From a virus (lineage: Duplodnaviria > Caudoviricetes), in IMG/VR virus record IMGVR_UViG_3300038334_000128, positions 1-39,018 of that record: DNA of 39,018 bases, one strand, 5' to 3'. The translations under genes were made by a program, and so were the position numbers. The notes under the pieces are model-generated. The model saw nothing but the letters and a program-made list of their open reading frames with translations. It searched no databases and was not told the origin of the DNA. Position 1 is the stretch's first letter. The number at the start of each line of letters is the position of its first letter. This document shows positions 26,960 through 36,155 of the stretch, in pieces.

Positions 26960-29299
26960 ATGTCGTCCGACTTCGGACTCAAGATCGGGATTGAGGGCGA
27001 AAAAGAGTTCAAGAAAGCGCTCTCCGAGATCAACCAGTCGTTCAAGGTTCTTGGGAGCGAGATGAACCTCGTCACCTCCCAGTTCGACAAACAGGACAAA
27101 TCGGTCGGCGCACTGACCGCCCGAAATCAAGTCCTGCGAAAAGAGATCGACGCTCAAAAAGATAAGGTCGAAACCCTGGAAGCCGCGTTGCAGAACGCGG
27201 CTTCTTCTTTTGGGGAGAACGATAAGCGCACTCAGGCATGGCAGGTTCAGCTCAACAATGCCAAAGCCGCCCTCAACGGTATGGAACGCGAGCTTGGCAC
27301 GAACGAAACCGCGTTGGAGAGTACGGCGAGTGATCTGGATTCTGCTGGCAAGCAGGCGGACGAGTTCGGCGACGAGATCAAGCAGTCCGCCGATCAAGCT
27401 GACGACGCGGGCGGGCGATTCGACAAGCTCGGTTCGGTCGTCAAAGGGATTGGAGTAGCGCTTGGTGCGGCCATGGTGGCGATCGGCACGGCGGCGGTGG
27501 CGGCTGGTAAAGCGCTGGTCGACATGACCGTCAATACTGCGGCATATGCCGACGAAATGTTGACTCAGAGTTCCATCACTGGCATGAGCGTGGAGAGCTT
27601 GCAGGCATACTCTTACGCCGCCGACCTTGTGGATGTGTCACTGGAGACCATGACCGGTTCCATGGCGAAGAACATCAAGTCCATGTCCAACGCTGCCGGT
27701 GGCAGTGAACAGTTCGCCAAAGCATACGATCGCCTCGGCGTATCGGTGACCAATGCGGACGGGACGCTTCGAAACAGCGAAGATGTTTACTGGGACGCCA
27801 TCGACGCGCTCGGACAGGTATCGAATGAAACGGAACGCGACGCACTGGCCATGCAGCTCTTTGGCAAGAGCGCGCAGGACCTAAACCCACTGATCGCGCA
27901 GGGTAGCGAGGGCATCGCTGCGCTGACGGATGAAGCGAAGCGCATGGGCGCGGTACTGAGTGAGGAAACGATCGAGAAATTCGGCGCGTTTGACGATTCC
28001 GTGCAGCGGCTCAAGCAGGGCGCGGCAGCGGCGCAGCGGGTCATGGGCACGGTACTGCTTCCGCAGTTGCAGACTCTTGCGGACGACGGCGTTTCTCTGC
28101 TTGGCGACTTCACCTCTGGCCTTGCGGAAGCAGGCGGCGACTTCAACAAGATCACCGTAGTGCTCGGCAAGACGGTCGGTGGAATCGCAAACATTATTCT
28201 CGCCAGCCTGCCGCAATTTGTGCAGGTTGGTATGAGCATTGTGAGTGCGATCGGCGGCGCGCTGGCGGCAAACCTGCCCGTGCTGATTTCTGCTGCGTCG
28301 GGCATTGTCATGACGCTTTTGCAGGGGGTGATCACGGCACTTCCGCAGTTTACGGACGGCGCGGTACAACTGATTACCACACTCGCGCAGGGGATCGTCG
28401 ACATGCTGCCTGCGTTGGTGGAGGCCGCGATTCAGATGATTGCGTCGCTCGTGCAGGGCATTGGAGAAGCGTTGCCGACACTGATTCCGGCGATTATAGA
28501 GGCGGTACTGCTGATCTGCGAAACCCTGTTTGACAACATGGACAAGATACTGGATGCGGCGTTTTCGATCGTGAAGGGTCTTGCGGAGGGGATCATCCGC
28601 GCGCTACCGAAGTTGATCGAAGCGCTTCCGAAGCTCATCACGGGGATCATCAACTTCTTCATGAACAATCTCCCGACCCTTATGGCTATGGGTATCGAAT
28701 TTACGGTTCAGCTTGCGATCGGCCTGATCAAAGCGCTCCCGCAGCTGATTGCCGCCTTACCGCAGATTGTCTCCGCAATTTTGAACGGTTTCGGATCATC
28801 GGTATCTTCCGTGGTGGAAATCGGTAAGAACATCGTCAACGGGCTGTGGGAAGGCATCAAGAGCATGACCTCTTGGCTCGCAAGCAAGGTGCGGGATTTC
28901 TTCTCCAACATCGTGAAAAGCGCGAAGAAAGCGCTTGGCATTGCGTCGCCTTCCAAAGTGTTTGCCGGAATCGGCGAGAACATGGGTGAGGGCGTCGGTG
29001 TCGGGTTTACCGACGCCATGGAGGACGTAAACAAACAGATCCAGAGCGCGATTCCGACCAGCGTGGATGTGGGCGCGATCGATGTTCTGACGAATCTACC
29101 GAATAGCATTGGCATCGGCGGCACGAGCGATCTGCTATCGCAGAAGCTGGATGTGCTGATCGGTGAAGTGCGGCGGTATCTGCCGCAACTCGCAGGGATG
29201 CAGCTTGTCGCGGACACTGGTGCGACAATTGGCTGGCTTGCACCGGCCATGGATGACGCGCTGGGCGCGATTCGCAGACGAAAGGAGCGGCTGACGTGA
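26960..29299 (+). CDS. Tape measure protein
   Basis: FGLKIGIEGEKEF start, Ala-rich helical body, 11-residue LPxL repeats, GIASPSKVF. Confidence 0.93.
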   Translation: MSSDFGLKIGIEGEKEFKKALSEINQSFKVLGSEMNLVTSQFDKQDKSVGALTARNQVLRKEIDAQKDKVETLEAALQNAASSFGENDKRTQAWQVQLNNAKAALNGMERELGTNETALESTASDLDSAGKQADEFGDEIKQSADQADDAGGRFDKLGSVVKGIGVALGAAMVAIGTAAVAAGKALVDMTVNTAAYADEMLTQSSITGMSVESLQAYSYAADLVDVSLETMTGSMAKNIKSMSNAAGGSEQFAKAYDRLGVSVTNADGTLRNSEDVYWDAIDALGQVSNETERDALAMQLFGKSAQDLNPLIAQGSEGIAALTDEAKRMGAVLSEETIEKFGAFDDSVQRLKQGAAAAQRVMGTVLLPQLQTLADDGVSLLGDFTSGLAEAGGDFNKITVVLGKTVGGIANIILASLPQFVQVGMSIVSAIGGALAANLPVLISAASGIVMTLLQGVITALPQFTDGAVQLITTLAQGIVDMLPALVEAAIQMIASLVQGIGEALPTLIPAIIEAVLLICETLFDNMDKILDAAFSIVKGLAEGIIRALPKLIEALPKLITGIINFFMNNLPTLMAMGIEFTVQLAIGLIKALPQLIAALPQIVSAILNGFGSSVSSVVEIGKNIVNGLWEGIKSMTSWLASKVRDFFSNIVKSAKKALGIASPSKVFAGIGENMGEGVGVGFTDAMEDVNKQIQSAIPTSVDVGAIDVLTNLPNSIGIGGTSDLLSQKLDVLIGEVRRYLPQLAGMQLVADTGATIGWLAPAMDDALGAIRRRKERLT

Positions 29300-29937
29300 G
29301 CGATATCCGATTCGGAACCAAATGGGCACACGCCGACTACGGCCTAATCGTCGCCCCGTATGTCATCCCTATGCCGGAGCCGCAGACGAGCTTCGTGGAG
29401 ATCCCCGGACGTGACGGCGCGCTCGATCTGTCGGAAGCGTTTGGTACGGTACGATATGCCGATCGGGTCTTCGAGTTGACGCTGTATGCCCGCGCGCCGT
29501 TCGACTCGCTGATCTCCGCGTTTGCGGCGGATGTGCACGGGCGGCGCTTGAACGTGATCTTCGACCGCGACCCGACTTTCTATTACGATGCGCGAATCAT
29601 GATCGAAGATGTGGAAAGGCACTGGGGTTACTGCGAACTGTCGCTGGAATGCCGAGCGAAGCCGTATAAGCTGGAACACTTCGAAACTACGATTACGGTT
29701 CTTCCAGCGGGCAACGCAACAGTGACGCTTGCGAATACGCGTATGCCTTGCGTCCCGACGATCACCGTTTCCGCTGAAATGACGCTCATGTTCACGCTTT
29801 CGGGAACGAATTACACTGTCAACCTTTCGGCGGGCACGCACGTGATTCCATCTCTGGTGCTCACGGAGGGCGACACGGAGATTGTGATAACAGGGACGGG
29901 GCGAATCACGTTCACCTACCGGAAAGGAGCGCTCTGA
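29296..29937 (+). CDS. Distal tail protein (Dit)
   Basis: EIPGRDGALD motif; follows tape measure. Confidence 0.8.
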   Translation: MSDIRFGTKWAHADYGLIVAPYVIPMPEPQTSFVEIPGRDGALDLSEAFGTVRYADRVFELTLYARAPFDSLISAFAADVHGRRLNVIFDRDPTFYYDARIMIEDVERHWGYCELSLECRAKPYKLEHFETTITVLPAGNATVTLANTRMPCVPTITVSAEMTLMFTLSGTNYTVNLSAGTHVIPSLVLTEGDTEIVITGTGRITFTYRKGAL

Positions 29938-31580
29938 TGTACCGAATACTCTGTGATTCTTACGTGCTCTACGATCCTCGTTTGCCGGATTTATTCGTGT
30001 TCGAGCCGGATTTGACGCAGAAAAAGAACGAGCCGGGTGAACTGACGTTCACGATACCGAAGGAGCATCCGCACTATGGGGTATTGGAAAAGCTCAAGAG
30101 TCGCATCAAGGTCTATCGAGACGATGTCCTGATCTGGGTTGGTCGAGCGATCGAGGACGAGCGGGATCTCTTCGAAAACCGCAAGGTCGTTGCGGAAGGT
30201 GTGCTGGCGTTTTTACTGGACAGCATCCTTCGTCCGTTTACTATGGATGGTACTGCGACGGAGACCTGGGAGTATCTTCTGACCCAGCACAATGCGCAGG
30301 TGAATGAAAGCCAGAGACTGACTCTCGGGAACTGCGACTTATCTGGTTCGGTTGGGGTAACGACAAAGGATTATCTGTCGTCTTGGCAAACTCTGAAGAG
30401 CTGCCTGCTTGACACACTCGGTGGCTACCTGATCGTGCGATTCGACGAAAACGAGAATCCGGTTCAGGACTATCTCACCGACGTACCGGACACATCGACC
30501 CAGCGGATTGAATTTGGTGAAAACCTGATCGACCTTGCGTTGACTAAGAACGCTTCTGAAACCTATACCGCTTGCATCCCGCTCGGTGCAGCGCTGCGGG
30601 ATATAGATCCGGAATCGGAGAGTGAAGCGCGGCTTACGATCGCGAGCGTGAACGAGGGACAGGATTACCTGATCGATACGGCGCTTGCGGCCGAGTATGG
30701 GGTGATCTTTGCACCGTCAGGCTTGACCACATGGGATGACATCACCGACGCGACAATCCTCATGAACAAAGGTCGCGATTGGCTGAGCGGAACTGGCGCG
30801 CGATTTAAGCAGACGATCAAGCTCTCGGCGGTCGATTTGCATAACGTCGACGCGAATGTTGAGTCGTTTCACTTCTTGGATAAGGTGGTCGTCTCCTGCG
30901 GCACGCTCTGCCCGGAAGAGACGTATATTCTGTCCGAACTGACAATTCCGCTGAATAACCCGGCCAGCACCGGCATCGCACTCGGGGATTCGCGCCCGTC
31001 TCTGATCGGCGAGGAGATAAGGCAAAACACATCAGTCAAGAACCGTATCGAGACGATAGAGGCGGATTATACGACGCACGGCGAAATCAAAGAAATCGTG
31101 CAAGAGCAGCTCAATCAGAACACCTCGATCCTGCAATCCGCGCAGCAGATCATCATGACCGCACTGGAGGACTATGTGCGAACGCAGAATTTCGTTGCGC
31201 TGCAGAACACAATACAAACTTCGTTCTCCATCATGGCGGGTACGATCGAGGCGAACTTCACGGAAACGGCAAGCCGGATCTCGACCCTGAACGGCGAAAC
31301 TTCGCAGCAATTCGAGTCAGTGCGCAGTTTTATCCGTTTGATCTCATCCGGCATAGTGATTGGAAAGAGCACGTCCGCAATCAAGCTCAAGTTGGAGAAT
31401 GACGTTCTTTACTTCTTCTCTGGCAGCGAGGACAGCGTGACTACCGACAGTGCGATCGCTTACTTTTCTTCCGGCAAGCTGTATGTCAACGACGTGCAGG
31501 TACTCTCATCGCTGCGGATTGGGAGTTTCGCTTGGGTGCCCGAGAGCGGAAATCTGAACTTCAAAAAGATCGCGGGGTAA
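29937..31580 (+). CDS. Tail tip/Tal-like protein
   Basis: GELTFTIP..HP, IEFGENLID, TACIPLG; C-terminal coiled coil. Confidence 0.8.
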   Translation: MYRILCDSYVLYDPRLPDLFVFEPDLTQKKNEPGELTFTIPKEHPHYGVLEKLKSRIKVYRDDVLIWVGRAIEDERDLFENRKVVAEGVLAFLLDSILRPFTMDGTATETWEYLLTQHNAQVNESQRLTLGNCDLSGSVGVTTKDYLSSWQTLKSCLLDTLGGYLIVRFDENENPVQDYLTDVPDTSTQRIEFGENLIDLALTKNASETYTACIPLGAALRDIDPESESEARLTIASVNEGQDYLIDTALAAEYGVIFAPSGLTTWDDITDATILMNKGRDWLSGTGARFKQTIKLSAVDLHNVDANVESFHFLDKVVVSCGTLCPEETYILSELTIPLNNPASTGIALGDSRPSLIGEEIRQNTSVKNRIETIEADYTTHGEIKEIVQEQLNQNTSILQSAQQIIMTALEDYVRTQNFVALQNTIQTSFSIMAGTIEANFTETASRISTLNGETSQQFESVRSFIRLISSGIVIGKSTSAIKLKLENDVLYFFSGSEDSVTTDSAIAYFSSGKLYVNDVQVLSSLRIGSFAWVPESGNLNFKKIAG

Positions 31581-31584
31581 GGAT

Positions 31585-33663
31585 ATGGCAAATTGGCCGT
31601 ATGAGTCGATTCATGACGGATATACGATCGTCAACGGTTCACTTTCTGGAACGGCGGCAAGCAAAATTTCCTGCTGGCTGGAATACAAGATCGTTTCGCA
31701 GTCTGTTGTTAACAACACATCTACCATTCGGTTCTATGTGTTTCTGGCAACCTCAGGGAACACGTCGCAGTTTGATGTCTACTGCAACAATGTAGATTCA
31801 AATTCCCGTGGCGCGATGAGCGTATCGGTCGACGGAAGCGTAGTTTACAACCGCACAAGCAGAGGATTCGCAATCTCACGCATTCCTTACCGGGACGAAT
31901 ACATCACGCAGTATCAGGAACCCTACGATACGGCGCTGGGCTACCAGTACCTCATGATCCTGACCGACAATGCGAGCACAGAGAGCGAAGCATATGGCGA
32001 ATGTACGGTCGCCCACAACTCGGATGGAACAAGGCAGACATCGATTTCTTTCGTTGCGAACTGTACGTATTCGTCGGCGATCGGTTCGGTCAGCGGATCG
32101 CTGAGCATCACATTACCGGCGATTCCACGGGTAACTACTCCGAGCGTACCGAGCGTGACGCTTGGCAATGTGGCAACGATCACTCTTACACCCGCGTCAA
32201 GCGCGTTTCTACATACCTTACGGGCGAAGTTTGGTTCGCGCGCGGAGACGACGATCGCGGCCCAAACCTCAACAACTAACATTTCGTGGACGCCGTCACT
32301 GGACGAAGCCAATGCTGCGCCGAATGCGACGAGCGTCGCAGGGACGCTATATTGCGATACCTACTCCAACGGGGTACTTCTTGGCACAACGCAGACGAGC
32401 ATTACTGCCGCGATCCCAGCTTCTGTTGTGCCAACAGGATCGATCTGGTTCTCCGAGGCGGAGGAGGAGCTAGCAACACAATTTGGTTGCTTTGTTCAGC
32501 GAAAGAGTAAGTTAAGCGTCAGCATTTCCGCTGCCGGCGTTTACGGTTCGTCGATTTCATCAATCTCGACCACGGTCAACGGGGCGACATACTCGGGGAA
32601 CTCTTTCACGACGAACGAACTAACCACAGTTGGATCGAATACGATCCGCGCGACGGTTACGGACAGTCGGGGACGAACTACTGTTCTGACAGGAACGTTC
32701 GAAGTCGTGGCGTATGATTCACCATCCGTCCAGTCAGTTTCGGTCTTTCGGTGCGACGCTGCAGGGAATGCGAGTAACACAGGAACATATGCCATGGTGG
32801 CGGTAACCGGTGCGATCTCCTCTGTAAATAACAAGAACACCCGCGTACTCAAGATTGGGTATAAGCGCAAGAGCGAAACGTACTACACAGATACGACGAT
32901 CGCTCTTTCTAACTATGCCGTAAATGGTTCATACCGAATCGGCGGTAGCCTGTCGAACCAGTATACCTACGATATTCGAGTTACGCTCGGAGATTATTTC
33001 GGCGAAGCATATGGATACACCGACCTAAGCACAGCGGAAGTCATTCTCTCCGTGCGCAGCACCGGCCTAGGACTCGCGGTTGGCAAGGTTGCCGAGGAGG
33101 ACAGCTTCGATGTTGGCTGGCCTGCGCGGTTCCGTGAGAATGTGCAGTTTGACGATAGTTTGGTCTTCTCGAGCGTTTTGTGGTTGGCAAACCTCATCTT
33201 CCCGGTGGGGAGTATCCGCATGACGGTATCCGCCGCAGATGAAAGTACATTCCTCGGCGGAACATGGATAAGATGGGGCACAGGGCGAGTACCGGTTGGA
33301 GTGAACCTCTCTGACACGAACTTCAGCACCGTGGAGAAAACAGGCGGCGCGAATACGCATACGCTATCTGCGGCGGAGATGCCGTCACACAACCACTCGT
33401 TCAGTGGTTCGGTGACGGTGAACGCCAATGGCGCGCATACTCATCAGGCATCTGCAGGGTCGTATAAGGTTGGCAGCGGATCTGCTTCTACTTATTACTA
33501 TATGACGAATGGTGGAACAACCAGCGGACAGACGACCGGGTCCGGTGGGTCGCATGATCACACGGGCTCCGTGTCCGGTTCGGTTGGCAGCAACGGCAGC
33601 GGCGCGACGCACAACAACCTTCAGCCCTATATCACATGCTATTTTTGGAAAAGGACGACATAG
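31585..33663 (+). CDS. Minor tail / receptor-binding protein (DUF859-like with baseplate-type C-terminus)
   Basis: TLPAIPR, VTDSRGR, IFPVGSI...GRVPVG...GG..THTL...HNNLQPYITCYFWKR. Confidence 0.8.
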   Translation: MANWPYESIHDGYTIVNGSLSGTAASKISCWLEYKIVSQSVVNNTSTIRFYVFLATSGNTSQFDVYCNNVDSNSRGAMSVSVDGSVVYNRTSRGFAISRIPYRDEYITQYQEPYDTALGYQYLMILTDNASTESEAYGECTVAHNSDGTRQTSISFVANCTYSSAIGSVSGSLSITLPAIPRVTTPSVPSVTLGNVATITLTPASSAFLHTLRAKFGSRAETTIAAQTSTTNISWTPSLDEANAAPNATSVAGTLYCDTYSNGVLLGTTQTSITAAIPASVVPTGSIWFSEAEEELATQFGCFVQRKSKLSVSISAAGVYGSSISSISTTVNGATYSGNSFTTNELTTVGSNTIRATVTDSRGRTTVLTGTFEVVAYDSPSVQSVSVFRCDAAGNASNTGTYAMVAVTGAISSVNNKNTRVLKIGYKRKSETYYTDTTIALSNYAVNGSYRIGGSLSNQYTYDIRVTLGDYFGEAYGYTDLSTAEVILSVRSTGLGLAVGKVAEEDSFDVGWPARFRENVQFDDSLVFSSVLWLANLIFPVGSIRMTVSAADESTFLGGTWIRWGTGRVPVGVNLSDTNFSTVEKTGGANTHTLSAAEMPSHNHSFSGSVTVNANGAHTHQASAGSYKVGSGSASTYYYMTNGGTTSGQTTGSGGSHDHTGSVSGSVGSNGSGATHNNLQPYITCYFWKRTT

Positions 33664-33674
33664 GGCTTACATAT

Positions 33675-33825
33675 AAATAGAAAGGGCCCTCCTTGCGGAG
33701 CACCCAAAATAGCGAAAGGCACTCAGCCGGGGGGAAGAGTGCCTTTCTAATTTGCATGGTAAATCTTGTTAGGGATTGGGACATACCGGGTAGGTAGGTT
33801 GTGTATACCATGCAAGCTTTGATGT
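33675..33825 (-). ncRNA. Candidate ~150-nt sRNA with C-rich loops
   Basis: Extended -10, two perfect stems (10 and 11 bp) with C-rich loops, terminal GCAA hairpin plus U-rich tail. Confidence 0.55.
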
Positions 33826-33831
33826 ACCTGC

Positions 33832-33875
33832 ATCATAGCAGATTTTTCTCGGAAATACCATGAAGAAACCATGAA
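33832..33875 (-). promoter_or_regulatory. sRNA promoter with a direct-repeat activator box
   Basis: Minus strand TTCATGGT twice at 11-bp period (33875-33868, 33864-33857); TG-C-TATGAT (33840-33832). Confidence 0.55.
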
Positions 33876-33902
33876 TTTATCTGATTCGAAACGGAGGAAG
33901 TA

Positions 33903-34655
33903 ATGGATTTCACGCGCAATTTGAAGAAGGGCACGTCCGGCGAGGACGTGCTTTTTTGTAAGCAAAAGCTACTGGAACTTGGGTTCTATGGCGACCATAT
34001 TACGACGGTTACCAAGAAGGCGTTCGGTGCAGACACGCTGGAGGCTGTGAAACGATTCCAGGCCCAAGCCGCGCTGACCGTCGATGGAGTGATCGGGAAA
34101 GAAACGTGGGCGGCTCTGATTGACGGAACGATTACTGAGACGGAGCCGATCACAAAGGATACGGTATCGGATAAAGCAGCCGCGATCTGCGCACTGGCGC
34201 TGACGCGCATCGGAGACCTGTATGTTTGGGGCGCGTCTGGTTTGACCAATCTCACAGACTCAAAGATTCAAGCGATGGACGAGGAGTTCGCGCGCGCGAT
34301 CACTTTTCGCGATAGCCAGTACAAAGCAGGGTTCGCCGATCTCATGGCGCATGACTGTTCCGGTTTTCTCTCCTGGCTCATGCGCGAGACGGGGATTTGG
34401 GATGATCGTAAGAATTGCGATGGACTTTGGGCGTTGTGCGACGTGGTCGCGCGCAATGAACTGATCGCGGGCGATTTCCTGTTCCGAAACAGCACCACGA
34501 ATGCCGAGGATGAAACGCATGTCGGCCTTTATTTAGGGCGTGGCATAGTGATCCACGCGAAAGGCCGCGATATGGGCGTCGTGGTGGAGGGCATCAATCA
34601 GGGCGGCAGCGGTTACTGGCATAAATGCGGACGTTTCAAGCTCTTATATCAATAA
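33903..34655 (+). CDS. Endolysin: PG_binding_1 plus NlpC/P60 domain
   Basis: LKKGTSGEDV...AVKRFQ...VDGVIGKETW; YVWGA, DCSG, HVGLY, IHA. Confidence 0.9.
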   Translation: MDFTRNLKKGTSGEDVLFCKQKLLELGFYGDHITTVTKKAFGADTLEAVKRFQAQAALTVDGVIGKETWAALIDGTITETEPITKDTVSDKAAAICALALTRIGDLYVWGASGLTNLTDSKIQAMDEEFARAITFRDSQYKAGFADLMAHDCSGFLSWLMRETGIWDDRKNCDGLWALCDVVARNELIAGDFLFRNSTTNAEDETHVGLYLGRGIVIHAKGRDMGVVVEGINQGGSGYWHKCGRFKLLYQ

Positions 34656-34671
34656 AAGCGGAGGAAACAAG

Positions 34672-34974
34672 TTGGATTACATCGGAGAGATCATTTCGGG
34701 CGTATTCGCTTTGCTGGTCGTATTGCTCGAGGTGCGCGTGGCCCGTGACCGAAAGCAAACGGAGAAGCGAGCCGCTGTTCGCGCAAAGGAGTCAAAGCTT
34801 GCTATGAAGATGCAGGACGCCAGTTTATCGCTTTCTTTGGCAACGGCTATCGCCGTTGAGCGTGGCGAAACGAACGGCGAGATGAAGACCGCGCGCGAGA
34901 AAGCGGAAACCGCGCAAGAGGAATATGAAGATTTTGTCCATGAGCTTGCCTCGGAGCAGGCTACATCAATCTAG
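34672..34974 (+). CDS. Putative holin/lysis accessory protein (one TM plus coiled coil)
   Basis: TTG start after GGAGG; N-terminal hydrophobic helix. Confidence 0.6.
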   Translation: MDYIGEIISGVFALLVVLLEVRVARDRKQTEKRAAVRAKESKLAMKMQDASLSLSLATAIAVERGETNGEMKTAREKAETAQEEYEDFVHELASEQATSI

Positions 34975-34985
34975 GAGGAACTGAA

Positions 34986-35465
34986 ATGAAAAAGAAACTG
35001 ATTCTGGTCCTGATCGCGTTTTTGATGCTCGCGTTGCCCGTCGTCGCGCTGGCGGACACCGGTGGGACCGCAGATGCCACCGTTACCGATATCCTGATCG
35101 AAAATACCGTGAATATAGCCGCGGCATTTTTTATTGCGCTGATCGGCGTGTTTGGCGCATGGTTGACCGAGAAACTTGGTAAGGCGACGCAACTCGATAC
35201 CGTCAATCACGCGCAGCAGGAGCTGATCAAGCTCGCGCAGATCACGGTCGGCGAGCTGAAACAAACGGTTGTTGACGGCATGAAGGCCGCGCACAAGGAT
35301 GGAAAATTGACCAAGGAAGAGATCGCGCAACTCGGTCAACTGCTCTACGAAAAGACCACAGCGAAGCTCTCCGCATCCGCGATGGACGTGCTGACCGCCG
35401 CGCAGGTGGATGTCTCTGCGCTGATCACCGGTACGGCGGAACATTTGATTGCTGGAATGAAGTAA
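34986..35465 (+). CDS. Putative holin-like membrane protein
   Basis: Signal-like N-terminus, second TM segment, soluble C-terminus; in the lysis cassette. Confidence 0.6.
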   Translation: MKKKLILVLIAFLMLALPVVALADTGGTADATVTDILIENTVNIAAAFFIALIGVFGAWLTEKLGKATQLDTVNHAQQELIKLAQITVGELKQTVVDGMKAAHKDGKLTKEEIAQLGQLLYEKTTAKLSASAMDVLTAAQVDVSALITGTAEHLIAGMK

Positions 35466-35489
35466 ACGGCAACTGTATATCGAGAATTG

Positions 35490-35516
35490 GAGCGTCTTTC
35501 GAGGCGCTCTTTTTTT
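35490..35516 (+). terminator. Terminator ending the lysis cassette
   Basis: GAGCGTCT-TTCG-AGGCGCTC followed by seven T. Confidence 0.85.
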
Positions 35517-35529
35517 CGTTGGAGGAGAT

Positions 35530-35955
35530 ATGACACTAAAGGAACGAGAAGAAATCCTGCACTTACGGTTCGAAGGTATGAGTTATACGCAAATTTCGGA
35601 CAAACTACGCATTTCCCGGAATACGGTGAAATCGATCTGCCAGAGAATGGGGATCCAGCCAGCTGAGGTCACAGGGGAGAATCACGATGCTGATCACTGC
35701 AAATTATGTGGAGCAGCCCTTGTTCAGAATGCAACTGGCAAACGAAAACAGTTTTGTTCAGATCTTTGCCGGAGAACATGGTGGACACAGCATCAAGACA
35801 ATCGGAGTTTGAAGTCCGCCGTCAAAGCAAAGTGCGCTTTCTGCGGCCGTGGTTTCGAGTACTATGAAAAGAATCACAGAAAATACTGCTGCCATGCCTG
35901 CTATATACATGCTCGCTTTGGGGATAAGAAAACACATGACAAACGAGCAGTTTGA
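35530..35955 (+). CDS. Sigma-70 region-4-like HTH plus Cys-rich zinc-binding protein
   Basis: GMSYTQISDKLRISRNTVKS; CKLCG, FCSDLCR, CAFCG, YCCHACY. Confidence 0.85.
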   Translation: MTLKEREEILHLRFEGMSYTQISDKLRISRNTVKSICQRMGIQPAEVTGENHDADHCKLCGAALVQNATGKRKQFCSDLCRRTWWTQHQDNRSLKSAVKAKCAFCGRGFEYYEKNHRKYCCHACYIHARFGDKKTHDKRAV

Positions 35956-36130
35956 ACGAGAGTTGCGATATCGCGTATCGATGGCAGTGGCTAATTGTAT
36001 GCTGCGGAAAGGGCTGATTTCGCAGGCTGAACACGAAACCTTCGATGCTCTTATGATCGAGAAGCACCAACCGCCGATCGGGAATATCTTGCTCAAAACA
36101 TCTGTTGATAAATTGCCGAGTGAGAGCTAA
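35936..36130 (+). CDS. Small SHOCT-like protein preceding the recombinases
   Basis: MTNEQFERELRY...MLRKGLISQAE...EKHQP. Confidence 0.75.
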   Translation: MTNEQFERELRYRVSMAVANCMLRKGLISQAEHETFDALMIEKHQPPIGNILLKTSVDKLPSES

Positions 36131-36155
36131 TATGCCACATGATAGGAGCATAGGT

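Noticed and set aside
28150-28900. Periodic repeats in the tape measure gene
   Set aside because: Ordinary 11-residue tape measure periodicity, not a DNA repeat array.
31585-33900. Diversity-generating retroelement or invertible tail-fibre system
   Set aside because: No reverse transcriptase, no template/variable repeat pair and no inverted alternative cassette seen.
33747-33965. 72-aa minus-strand ORF as a peptide or toxin
   Set aside because: Starts inside the endolysin gene, upstream of the predicted promoter, with no RBS; an sRNA explains the region better.
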